A stretch of DNA of 64,000 nucleotides from an uncultured delta proteobacterium (GTDB lineage Bacteria > Desulfobacterota > Binatia > UBA9968): positions 352,001 to 416,000 of the forward strand of contig CAWFJP010000001.1 of the NCBI GenBank assembly GCA_963816145.1, written 5' to 3'. The position numbers and the translations under genes are program-made. Position 1 is the first letter of the stretch. Every line of letters starts with the position of its first letter. Positions 48,638 through 57,429 of the stretch are shown here, in pieces. The notes beneath the pieces are model-generated. The model searched no databases. It was given only the letters and a program-made list of their open reading frames with translations, and was not told the DNA's origin.

Positions 48638-49569
48638 ATAGGATGGATGTGCTTACCGTGTCTGATCTTAACGATTCACGAACAATCGACGACACATTTG
48701 TTTACAAAGGCAGCGAAATTCATTTTCGCTCTCTGGGACAGGGATCGCCGCTGATTTTTGTCCATGGTTTTGGCGCTTCCATGGATACCTGGCGGTTGTT
48801 GGTAAAAGATCTACGCGATGAATTTCACCTGGTGTTTCTTGATCTTAAAGGCCATGGCTATTCGGCGCGGCCGCGCGATTCACGCTACTCCATCGAAGAC
48901 CACGCCGGCGCTGTCCTTGGGTTGATGGAACACCTCGAGCTCAAGAGCGCCGTTTTAGTGGGTCACTCTCTCGGTTCGGGTGTGGCACTCGTGGCGGCTT
49001 TGAACGAGCTAGCCAAACCTACTCGTTTGGTGTCGAAACTTGTTTTGCTCGCGGGGTCGGCACATCCGGAGCAGTTGCACTTTTTTGGACGGCAGTTGCA
49101 CCTTTTTGGAGGGTGGTTGGGAGCGCCGGTCATCGCATGGTTAATGACGAAATTGACTCCAACGCGTTTCATAACCCGAATGGCCCTGCGCCATGCTTTC
49201 TATGATCACGCGAAGGTTACGGATTCCCTGATTGAGCTCTATGCGAAATATCAGAGAATACCGGGAACGTTTTATGCTCTAATGCGGACGGTTCGAAACT
49301 TCATTGCCGCCGATTTCGAATTCGTGAGACGATCGTTGGGACAAATTCAGATCCCCGTGCTCAACATACTCGGGGAACATGACCGCATCGTGCCGCGATC
49401 GACGGCTGAGGCTTTACGCAAGTTATTGCCCCAATGCAGCCTGGAGATCATTGACGGCGTCGGGCATGTTCCTCAGGAAGAGTGCCCGGAAGCCGTGGTT
49501 CAGCTCATCAGAAATTTCGTTCGTACCCCTGTAGCAGACCTTTATAATCGACGATCGACACAGTGGTAA
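48634..49569 (+). CDS. Alpha/beta hydrolase
   Basis: HGFG, DLKGHGYS, GHSLGS, GEHD and GVGH motifs. Confidence 0.88.
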   Translation: MNRMDVLTVSDLNDSRTIDDTFVYKGSEIHFRSLGQGSPLIFVHGFGASMDTWRLLVKDLRDEFHLVFLDLKGHGYSARPRDSRYSIEDHAGAVLGLMEHLELKSAVLVGHSLGSGVALVAALNELAKPTRLVSKLVLLAGSAHPEQLHFFGRQLHLFGGWLGAPVIAWLMTKLTPTRFITRMALRHAFYDHAKVTDSLIELYAKYQRIPGTFYALMRTVRNFIAADFEFVRRSLGQIQIPVLNILGEHDRIVPRSTAEALRKLLPQCSLEIIDGVGHVPQEECPEAVVQLIRNFVRTPVADLYNRRSTQW

Positions 49570-49740
49570 GTCGACTCCACCGCGATCCGCGCTATCTTCG
49601 ATTGATGGGGAGCTGCCCAAGAGTCGGCGCCTACGTCGTAAACATCTCCGTCCACAAATCGAAAACAAATTCGCCATTGATCATTGACGGAAATGGAGTC
49701 TTACCCGCCCGGTCTCGTGAAAGCTGATGGACAAAAAGAT

Positions 49741-49815
49741 TCGACGCAGAGACACGGAGGACACGAGAGAGTTTTCGGGTATCCGGTCTCGCGCACTCCG
49801 CGTCTCTTGCGGTGA
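49741..49815. repeat. Diverged family-B-like palindrome (CACGGAG units)
   Basis: cgcagagacacggaggacacgagag ... ctcgcgcactccgcgtctcttgcggtga. Confidence 0.6.
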
Positions 49816-49830
49816 AATACTTCCGCTCTT

Positions 49831-50772
49831 TTACAGTTTCGCCAGATCGCTGATCTTGCCGCGCCGCCCCGCGTGATAGAAGTTGGGCCACTCCTCGACC
49901 TGCGCGTCGTGATAGTTTTCACGGTACCATTCCGCCACTTCGCCGGCGGTAGCAAACCAAACCTTTTTATGTTTCTTGGCGTAGCGAATAAATTCGCGCA
50001 AGAGAAACGCGCGGAACGGTCGACCGCCGACAAACGGGTGATTGCCCCACATCATGAACTTCGGATCACTCGCGCCTTCTTCATAAAGACAATCGAACGT
50101 GTCGATCCACATCTGCAACAGATCGCGCGGCGTTCTGCCGGCGCGCTGATAGCTGGAATAATCGTTCAGGTCTTGGAAGTAGGACAGCACCGTCAGCTCT
50201 TTTTTTCCAACCTTGAGTGTGTACGGCGTCTCCTGATGCTGCGGGTCCATCCAATAGGTATAGCCGCATTCGAGAATCACTTCCGGCGTGGAAAAGCTCG
50301 GCGCCACACCGGTGGACAAATAGCCCACCGGCGCTTTGCCGACGACCTTTTTCACCGCCGCCGCGGTTTTCACCAAATCGCGCTTTTCCTGGGCGCGCTT
50401 TTTCATGTAGCTGTAGTCATGAATCCAGGTCTCGGTGCCGATCTCGTGGCCGTATTGCGCCGCGTCCTGAAAAATCTCCGGATAGTTTTCCACCGTGATG
50501 CCGGTGGGGAAGAAACTGGTGCGGATCTTTTCACTCTCGAAGACTTCGAGCATGCGGTAGATGCCGACGCGCTCGCCGAACTCGCGGTCGGTGATAATTG
50601 CTAGATTGCGCTTGGTCTCGGCGTTGCGCGGAAAGCTGCGGCGGTTTTCTTGCTGCAAGGTATTCGGCCCACCCAAGTCTTCCGGCCAGGTTTCAAAGGC
50701 CACACAAGGCGTGATCGCGATGCGCGCTCCGTTGGGCCATTTGATCGGCTTGCGTTTAGGTTTAACTTTCAT
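49831..50772 (-). CDS. Polysaccharide deacetylase (CE4, PuuE/allantoinase-like) family protein
   Basis: WPNGARIA, EFGERVGIYR, GHEIG, LND, HPFVGGRPFR and VWFAT motifs. Confidence 0.88.
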   Translation of the reverse strand: MKVKPKRKPIKWPNGARIAITPCVAFETWPEDLGGPNTLQQENRRSFPRNAETKRNLAIITDREFGERVGIYRMLEVFESEKIRTSFFPTGITVENYPEIFQDAAQYGHEIGTETWIHDYSYMKKRAQEKRDLVKTAAAVKKVVGKAPVGYLSTGVAPSFSTPEVILECGYTYWMDPQHQETPYTLKVGKKELTVLSYFQDLNDYSSYQRAGRTPRDLLQMWIDTFDCLYEEGASDPKFMMWGNHPFVGGRPFRAFLLREFIRYAKKHKKVWFATAGEVAEWYRENYHDAQVEEWPNFYHAGRRGKISDLAKL

Positions 50773-50854
50773 ACTGCCTCCCTAGAAGTTCAAAAAATTT
50801 TTCTACTCATGCCACAGTTCCGAGCCATTGCCAACTAAACATGGAAAAAGCAAA

Positions 50855-50973
50855 GGCGGGTTGCAAAACCCGCCCCTAGACAAATCCTAATTCGTCTATA
50901 TGTTCTTTGCGTTCTTTGCGGCTCATCCCCCTCCGCTTTCCTCCCCCGCTTGCGGGGGAGGATGAAGGTGGGG
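50855..50973. repeat. Composite repeat: REP hairpin + TCTTTGCG half-repeat + family-A palindrome
   Basis: ggcgggttgcaaaacccgcccctag; ttctttgcgttctttgcgg; cctcccccgcttgcgggggagg. Confidence 0.75.
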
Positions 50974-50999
50974 TGTGCCCTTTGCAGTTCGATTTCTTT

Positions 51000-52034
51000 C
51001 TACCTGAACTGCGGCATGACTTTCTCGGCGAACAGGCGAATGCTTTTTAGCGCCATCTCCTGCGGCATACCACCGAAGTGAAAGGTGCCGGAGATCGTCG
51101 TCAAGCCATTGGGCTCGGCCCATTTGCGGATCGTGTCGGCAACCCGCTGAGGATCGCCCGCCAAGACAAACCCTTCCTTGATTTGAGTTTCGGCATCGCG
51201 CTGGATCAGTAGGCCAACCTCTTTGCGGTCGGTATCCGCGGCCTGATGAACTACGAGATAGTTGTCCAGATAAGGCCCTGCTTCTTCGATGGCTTTGTCC
51301 AGACTGCTCGATACGTAAATGTGAAACTTTCCCAGGATGTCCGTTTTGCCGGCGTCATGCCCGGCTTTAGCTAGATTGTCGCGATAGATTTTTATAAACC
51401 CCGGCAACGCCCCCGGATCACGATAAAGATACGGCAGCGTCATCAATTGAAAACCCTTTTCGCCGGCCCAGCGAAACGAGTCTTCGGTGCGCGCGCAGCC
51501 GACCCAGAAGCGCGGATGGGGCCGTTGCACCGGCTTGGGAAACACCGGTACGTTTTCATAATTGAAAAACTCGCCCTTGAAGCCCACCGGCTTGTCCGAC
51601 CACGCTTGCAGCATGACCTCGACGCCTTCGTACATGCGCCCGGTCGCTTCCTTCTGATCGACACGGTACTTTTTGTACTCATGGGCTTCGCTGCCCTTGC
51701 CGACGCCGAAATCGAGCCGGCCATTGGAGATCACATCGACCATGGCGTACGACTCCGCCAGATCGATGGGATTGTGCAGCGGTAAGACGCTGATGGCGAT
51801 GCCCAGACGAATTTGCCTGGTGGTCCGGGCGATCGCCGACATGAACGTCGGCGGATGGGGCAGATCGCCGCCGTAATGGGCAAAGTGATGCTCCGTCACC
51901 CAAATATGATCGTAGCCAAGCCGGTCCATCTCTTCCATCTGACCGAACATTTTCTGGTAGAACTCGCTCACCGATCCGTCGAGATCCGGCACGTAGGTCG
52001 GTAGATAATGCGATCCAAACTTGGTCACGCTCAT
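51000..52034 (-). CDS. LLM-class flavin-dependent oxidoreductase
   Basis: WVTEHHF, SNGRLDFGVGKG and PKPVQRPHP motifs. Confidence 0.92.
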   Translation of the reverse strand: MSVTKFGSHYLPTYVPDLDGSVSEFYQKMFGQMEEMDRLGYDHIWVTEHHFAHYGGDLPHPPTFMSAIARTTRQIRLGIAISVLPLHNPIDLAESYAMVDVISNGRLDFGVGKGSEAHEYKKYRVDQKEATGRMYEGVEVMLQAWSDKPVGFKGEFFNYENVPVFPKPVQRPHPRFWVGCARTEDSFRWAGEKGFQLMTLPYLYRDPGALPGFIKIYRDNLAKAGHDAGKTDILGKFHIYVSSSLDKAIEEAGPYLDNYLVVHQAADTDRKEVGLLIQRDAETQIKEGFVLAGDPQRVADTIRKWAEPNGLTTISGTFHFGGMPQEMALKSIRLFAEKVMPQFR

Positions 52035-52128
52035 TGCTCAAAAACCTCCAACATCAGCTCTAATCATATAAAGTTGTCGCCGGGCAGAAGTCAACGCTGC
52101 AATCCCGCCGCCGCGCGCGGGGCGCAAA

Positions 52129-53094
52129 CTATTTGATCCCCAGCTCCTTGTTGATCTCGCGCTGCAATGTGAAATCGAACACCTGCGCCACCGGCACCGG
52201 CTGCGCCAAGCCGAGGATCTGAGCATCAAGCGCCAAATATTCCTTGATCTCGTCGTCGCTCGGTATGCCGCTGCCGGTAAAGGCCGCTTTTGACGCTCGA
52301 TAACTGTCGTTGGCGATTTTGTAGTCCGACTGCCAGATCTTCGCCAACAGTTCGGACGCTTCTTTTTCCTGGTCGAGAAAATATTTATTGGCTTGAGCCC
52401 GGGCGCGCAGGAAGCGTTTGATGTAGTCGGGCCGATCTTGCAGCAGCTTGACGTTCACCGCGGCGCCATTCTGGATGCTGGCGAATTTATCGGTCGAGGT
52501 TTCAAGAATGTTCATGCCGAACTTTTCCTTGGCGATCTGCGCATAGGGCGGGCTGATCGCCGCTACTTGAATCGAGTTGCCGGTCAACGCCTGGAGCTGC
52601 ACCGACTCTTCACCGATCTGAATCGAGGTCAACTCCTTGTCGGCGTTGAGTCCATGCAGCGCCAACATCCGTTTCGCCGTAGTGTGCTGGCTGCCGCCGA
52701 AGGTGACGATGCCGAGGGTCTTTCCCTTCAATTCCTTGATCGATTTGTATTCGGGCCGCGCGACCAGAAAAAACAGCGGCCGGCGCAAGGTTACGGAAAT
52801 AACTTTCAGCGGCGTGCCGCGCTGGATCGACCGGATCGCGCTGCCGATGGAGCCCAGCACGTCGACGTCGCCGGAGATCCCCGCGGTGATCGCCAGGTTC
52901 GCCGACACACGAATCAGTTCGGCGTTCAAGTTTTGCTGTTGAAAATACTTGAGATCACGGGCGATAAATAAATCGATGGACGTCATGCCGCCGCTCGAAT
53001 AGCTGATGCGTATCCGCTCCGGCGCCGTCTGCGCCAGCGCCGTGCCGGCAAGCAACAAAACCGTTAGAAGTCCGTTAACCAAGGTTTTCAACAT
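52129..53094 (-). CDS. ABC substrate-binding protein, SsuA/NMT1 type
   Basis: Signal peptide; YFQQQNL, ELKGKTLGI and VFDFT motifs. Confidence 0.88.
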   Translation of the reverse strand: MLKTLVNGLLTVLLLAGTALAQTAPERIRISYSSGGMTSIDLFIARDLKYFQQQNLNAELIRVSANLAITAGISGDVDVLGSIGSAIRSIQRGTPLKVISVTLRRPLFFLVARPEYKSIKELKGKTLGIVTFGGSQHTTAKRMLALHGLNADKELTSIQIGEESVQLQALTGNSIQVAAISPPYAQIAKEKFGMNILETSTDKFASIQNGAAVNVKLLQDRPDYIKRFLRARAQANKYFLDQEKEASELLAKIWQSDYKIANDSYRASKAAFTGSGIPSDDEIKEYLALDAQILGLAQPVPVAQVFDFTLQREINKELGIK

Positions 53095-53160
53095 TGCAAC
53101 CCCCCCATTTGTCACATCGATTTCTCCGGCAAGCTTCCCAACGTCGTCCACAATCTTCAA

Positions 53161-53357
53161 TCTCTAGCGGTCGATTCCCCGTAGCTTGCTGCGTTGCACT
53201 CATTCCCATTCCCAAGTCCGTCATTCCCGCACGCTTTTAGCAGGAATCCAGGCGAGTCCGGAATCGGACCCCCGATAAAAACATTCGGAGGTGACGCCTT
53301 TGGGAAAATTCTCATCGAATCGTTCTGATACCCTGCTGCTGGTAGCGGAGTTCTTCA
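53161..53357. mobile_element. Probable non-autonomous IS200/IS605-type (PATE-like) element carrying a family-D REP doublet
   Basis: Related imperfect sub-terminal hairpins (ccccgtagcttgctgcg; ccctgctgctggtagcggag) ending in TTCA; no TIR or TSD; internal gtcattcccgc..ggaatccag / ggacccccg..cggaggtgac. Confidence 0.5.
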
Positions 53358-53375
53358 ATTCATCCTCGACCCCAA

Positions 53376-54683
53376 TCAATAGTCCACGCACTTCGCCATA
53401 CCCTGGCCCCAAATATCCGCGCCGCCGATCAAGACATCGCGCGCTTCCAACGGCAGCACCGCCCCCGCATCGACCGGCGCCGCGCCGGGAAAAGGAAATA
53501 TCTTGATCTGCCGGTACGGCCCGATCACTTTGTCCATCGCCGGCAACTCAATGGGGCGATCCAGGCTGCCCGTGCTGATCGCCGCATCCGCCTCTGCCAC
53601 ATTGAAGAGCACCGGACTATCCGTGCCGAATTTGCCGCCGTTTTCATAAGTTATCAAAACCGCCTTGATACCTTGGCGCTCGCAGGCGCGCAACGTGAAC
53701 ATAACATCGACAAAAGCATTGCCGCCGCCGATCCAGGTCACCAGCGCGCCATCGGCGCCCATTGATTTCGCCAAGCGCGCGGCGTTTTGCGCGCCGACTT
53801 CCTTGCCATGAGAGGTTTCGAAGCGAATGCGTTGCAACACCACGCCGCCAAAGTTGAGCGTCTTGCCATGGGCCGTGTACAAGCCCAACACCAGCGGATG
53901 ATTCTGCCAGTCCCAGGTGGTCGGATAGTAGCCGCGCCCCGAGCGCGTCGTGTCGACCGTCACAGCACCATCGAACAGCTCGTTGGGATGAACGTAGGTC
54001 GCCAACGAGCTCCGAAGCGACAAGCCGTAATAACCGATGCCCGAATGAACATGCTGCGGATCAGTGATGACGCCTTGGATCAGCATCACCTTGGGCAGGC
54101 GGGAATCGGCATCGTTCAATTCGAACTTGACGACGTTCGCAGGTGACAGTTCGGCAGTGACCCGCGCTAAGCGCTCGGCAACTTTGAACTCCGCCAATTG
54201 AATCGCGGTGTGTGCATCGAGCTCCGCTAGACCGTCGACGATCTTGAAGCTGATCACCAAGTGGCAGAGCGCGCTGAAGCGCGACAGCGCCGCGCCGGGC
54301 CCCGACATGTCGAGGATCGCGCTGCGCTGCACCGTCGTGCCGGCACGGATCGTCCCTTCATAACCTGCCGCGGCGATGACTGTCATGCCGGAAAGCCGAT
54401 GGGTCCGCCCGGCACCGACATCGGCAACATCGCCAACCACTCCGGCAAATACCTGCCCGCCACCGGAAACTTTGTAGCGCGGCTCAACGATATCGCGAAT
54501 GCCGGTGATGCGCGTCTTCTCCCCCGGCAGCGCCACCGCCAGCGAAATATCCTCGATGCGCGAGTCCTCGCGCACCAATGCAACGATTTCGCCTTCGTCG
54601 ATCTCGAGCACCTGATTCTCGTACGAGAAACGGTGGCTCAAGCGAATCTGCTTCACGGGGTAGTCCGCGATCTCAAGTTTCAT
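53376..54683 (-). CDS. Glycine/sarcosine/betaine reductase component B proprotein (GrdE/PrdA-like)
   Basis: MKLE.., PGEKTRI..IRDIVEPR.K, VG.GRTH.L.G, HPNELFDGA and QNHP motifs match the GrdE family. Confidence 0.82.
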   Translation of the reverse strand: MKLEIADYPVKQIRLSHRFSYENQVLEIDEGEIVALVREDSRIEDISLAVALPGEKTRITGIRDIVEPRYKVSGGGQVFAGVVGDVADVGAGRTHRLSGMTVIAAAGYEGTIRAGTTVQRSAILDMSGPGAALSRFSALCHLVISFKIVDGLAELDAHTAIQLAEFKVAERLARVTAELSPANVVKFELNDADSRLPKVMLIQGVITDPQHVHSGIGYYGLSLRSSLATYVHPNELFDGAVTVDTTRSGRGYYPTTWDWQNHPLVLGLYTAHGKTLNFGGVVLQRIRFETSHGKEVGAQNAARLAKSMGADGALVTWIGGGNAFVDVMFTLRACERQGIKAVLITYENGGKFGTDSPVLFNVAEADAAISTGSLDRPIELPAMDKVIGPYRQIKIFPFPGAAPVDAGAVLPLEARDVLIGGADIWGQGMAKCVDY

Positions 54684-54764
54684 GATTGCTAGTGCTCGAT
54701 TTCATTCCGGCAAAACCACTGGAACATTTGGAACGACTGGAACCATTGGAACCTGTTTATTGAA

Positions 54765-55838
54765 TTAAGGCGCCCCCATGATCTTGCGAAAATCCTGGAT
54801 ATAAGTCGGCAAGTTCGCCCCCAGCTTGGGATTCACCACGTAATCGGGCTTCACCTGGAACTCTTTGAACTTGCTGCGCACGCCCTTCATGGCGCTACCC
54901 TTGCCCAAGGTGCCGGCCAGAAACCCCTGCGCTTCATCGGACAGTACCCATTCGACGAACAGCAATGCCGCATGCGGGTGCGGCGCATTTTTCATCACGA
55001 ACAAGCCTTCCGGCTTGACGATCGCCGGCGCCAGGACTTTAAAACCCAACGGCGCGCCCTTCTCGCGGATCGCCGCGGAGGTCTCGCCGTTGATCGCGAT
55101 ACCGATGGGATATTCTCCCGAGGTCACCACTTGAGTCGTCAAGGTCCCGCCGCGCCGGTAGCTCAAGTCCTGCTTCGACAGACGGGTCAAATAATTGACC
55201 GCCTTCTCGCGCCCCCAAGCCTCCTCCATCGCCGCCAAGATGTAGCCGGCCTCCGGATCGAAGAGCATTTTGCCTTTCCACGAAGGACCGAGCAGATCCT
55301 CGTAACTCTTCGGCGCCTGCTCCGCCTTCACGGCGCTGGTGTTGTACATCAGAGCGGTCGTCAAAGAGTACATGCTGTGCCAGTTGCCGCCGGGATCGAA
55401 GGTGCCGTCGAAGTAACGGCTGGCGCCGGGAACTTGATAGGCCTGCACAAGATTGGCGTTCATCAACTGATAGCCGTAGCTCAAGTCGACCTGCACCACA
55501 TCCACCGCATGACGCCCCGCCCGCGCCTCGGTCAAAGTCCGATTGAGAATGCCGTCGCGCGGTGAAAAATAATGGTTCAGCGCCATGGCCCGATAGCGCG
55601 AGTTGTAAACCCGCGCCAACGGCAAAAACTCATCGATCGGCAAAGTGCCGTAGTAGGCGAGTTCGCCTTCGGCCTGCGCCCCTTTGAGCAGATAAGAAAT
55701 TCGATCCCGGGCTTTGAGCGACTTCACTTTCGCCGCCACCTCGGCAACCGTCGCCGCACGAGCAGGAACGGATCCCGCAACGATGTAGAAACTTAGTGCG
55801 CTAAAACAAACAAAAAGATTTCCGAAGCGGCGTCTCAT
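54765..55838 (-). CDS. Extracellular solute-binding protein (AfuA/FbpA-type)
   Basis: EARAGRH, DLLGPSWKGK and APHPHAALLFVEWVLS motifs; paralog of 15115. Confidence 0.88.
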   Translation of the reverse strand: MRRRFGNLFVCFSALSFYIVAGSVPARAATVAEVAAKVKSLKARDRISYLLKGAQAEGELAYYGTLPIDEFLPLARVYNSRYRAMALNHYFSPRDGILNRTLTEARAGRHAVDVVQVDLSYGYQLMNANLVQAYQVPGASRYFDGTFDPGGNWHSMYSLTTALMYNTSAVKAEQAPKSYEDLLGPSWKGKMLFDPEAGYILAAMEEAWGREKAVNYLTRLSKQDLSYRRGGTLTTQVVTSGEYPIGIAINGETSAAIREKGAPLGFKVLAPAIVKPEGLFVMKNAPHPHAALLFVEWVLSDEAQGFLAGTLGKGSAMKGVRSKFKEFQVKPDYVVNPKLGANLPTYIQDFRKIMGAP

Positions 55839-55896
55839 CGATAACTCCTGTGCTCCTTACCAAACGATTGTTTCCAACCACTCCTACCCGAGCTTG

Positions 55897-55925
55897 GTTG
55901 TACAAAACGGCAGGGCGGCGGTCAA
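55897..55925 (-). promoter_or_regulatory. Sigma70-type promoter for the 55838 gene
   Basis: TTGACC-N17-TACAAC on the minus strand. Confidence 0.45.
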
Positions 55926-56602
55926 TCTAGCGGAAATCAGTGGACCACCGTTTATAGCTTCATGTTCCCGCGGCAGGGGTGTGATAGGACTTGATGGCGC
56001 CACACCACGACCATGAACCTGACTCACAACGTGGCGCGTACCTAATCGTCATCAGGTAAACCGAGAAACCGATCGTCTTCCGGGAGACACGTGAGGTCTC
56101 AACGCTCACTGCGACAAACCGAATATGCCCAAGGACGTCACCCGATCCTTTCCATGCGGATATGCACTCACAGCAGATCGAAGTCACGATCTGCCTTCGG
56201 TGGACGAGCCTCAAAATTGAAACCGCCATGCTCGGTCATCACGACAGCAAAAGTCCGCGCGAGGATGAATCTTCCAGATCGTGGAATTCATCCCGTCCGC
56301 GGCTTGGAACAAATACCAGCGCCGGATGCAGCCAAGACGTATCACGTGGCTCCGCCGGTAACGGACTAATTTGCTGTTTCGCAGTGAAGACTGGTTTGAT
56401 CCTTTAGACCAATACTAAAGTGGTAGGTTGGACCAGCAGAAGGCGGAACCCTCGACCTGATAATAAGCGAGGGTTGGCTACATCGTGCAAGACGTGTCAA
56501 CGTTGCTGAATGGTGGACGCGTGGCGCCATTTCGTGGCTTGGTAACAACCCGCGCCGTAGCCGACCGTATCGATCGTGTAAGGGAGCGCAAATCGAGAGA
56601 GA

Positions 56603-57121
56603 CTATTTAAAGGGCGGGATTGAGGACGGAAGCCCAACGCGCATAAAATACCGCGCAAACGCTTGCGAGAAATGTTCGAGGAACGGTGAATCAAGCCGCC
56701 AACGATTTCCCAAATCCGTGGTTCGCTTAAGCAAATAGGTAAAGGGCAAGCTAAAAATCTGGCCGAAATCGACTACGAGAGCACCTTGATTATCGTCTGG
56801 GTTGTCTGGAGACCCCAACAAATGCAGCCCGGACACCCGGCCCTTACGTACCGTTTCCCACTCGCCCTTCTTTTTAAATTGTGGGTTTTGGTCTTCAAAA
56901 TCGCGTAAACTATATATCGGACATAGCGCGACAAGATCAACTTTCTGATTTTCAAGATCACACGATTGAGTAACGACGATTAAATCAACTACGCTTACGG
57001 GCACTTCTTCAGGCTCGTGGTCACCAAAATTTGGTGAGAACATAGGCACAAGGCAATCTTTCAGTACATCCCCTTGTGCGAGTGAGCGCTCATTAACCTG
57101 AATCCAAAACGGTTTTGTCAT
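56603..57121 (-). CDS. Conserved hypothetical protein (QGD...QSCDL...VDF...RVGLP), possibly PemK/MazF-like fold
   Basis: 172-aa ORF, 5 nt downstream of the previous stop; AT-richer codon usage; the fold is inferred from the motif pattern only. Confidence 0.7.
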   Translation of the reverse strand: MTKPFWIQVNERSLAQGDVLKDCLVPMFSPNFGDHEPEEVPVSVVDLIVVTQSCDLENQKVDLVALCPIYSLRDFEDQNPQFKKKGEWETVRKGRVSGLHLLGSPDNPDDNQGALVVDFGQIFSLPFTYLLKRTTDLGNRWRLDSPFLEHFSQAFARYFMRVGLPSSIPPFK

Positions 57122-57126
57122 CGATG

Positions 57127-57429
57127 CTACTCATCGAGCGGGAATTGGCGCGGTTTCATTCTGCCAACGTACCTATATTGACACCTGACAGATGACACGT
57201 GCCTTGGTGAAATGTGACTATATGGAAAATCCTCAGCGCTTTGTATATCTCCAATCAGCGCTTCCGTCCGCTCGCTCCAATGCTGCCGAGCTTCCTTCTC
57301 TGCGGCAAGGACCATGCTAGCCTCTCGGCTTTGCGCATACGAAATGTCTGAAAAACGTACAAGCGCGAGAACAACCGGAACACCTCCAGGCGTTTGCCAA
57401 GGATGGTAAGTTGCGTAATTTGCTTTCAT
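57127..57429 (-). CDS. Hypothetical 100-aa protein (middle gene of the cassette)
   Basis: ATGA overlap with the upstream stop at 57426-57429; exactly fills the gap between two genes. Confidence 0.65.
   Translation of the reverse strand: MKANYATYHPWQTPGGVPVVLALVRFSDISYAQSREASMVLAAEKEARQHWSERTEALIGDIQSAEDFPYSHISPRHVSSVRCQYRYVGRMKPRQFPLDE

Noticed and set aside
53161-54764. Hidden selenoprotein grdB/grdA (UGA read-through) beside the GrdE-like gene
   Set aside because: The flanks are short and filled by repeats, leaving no room for such an ORF.
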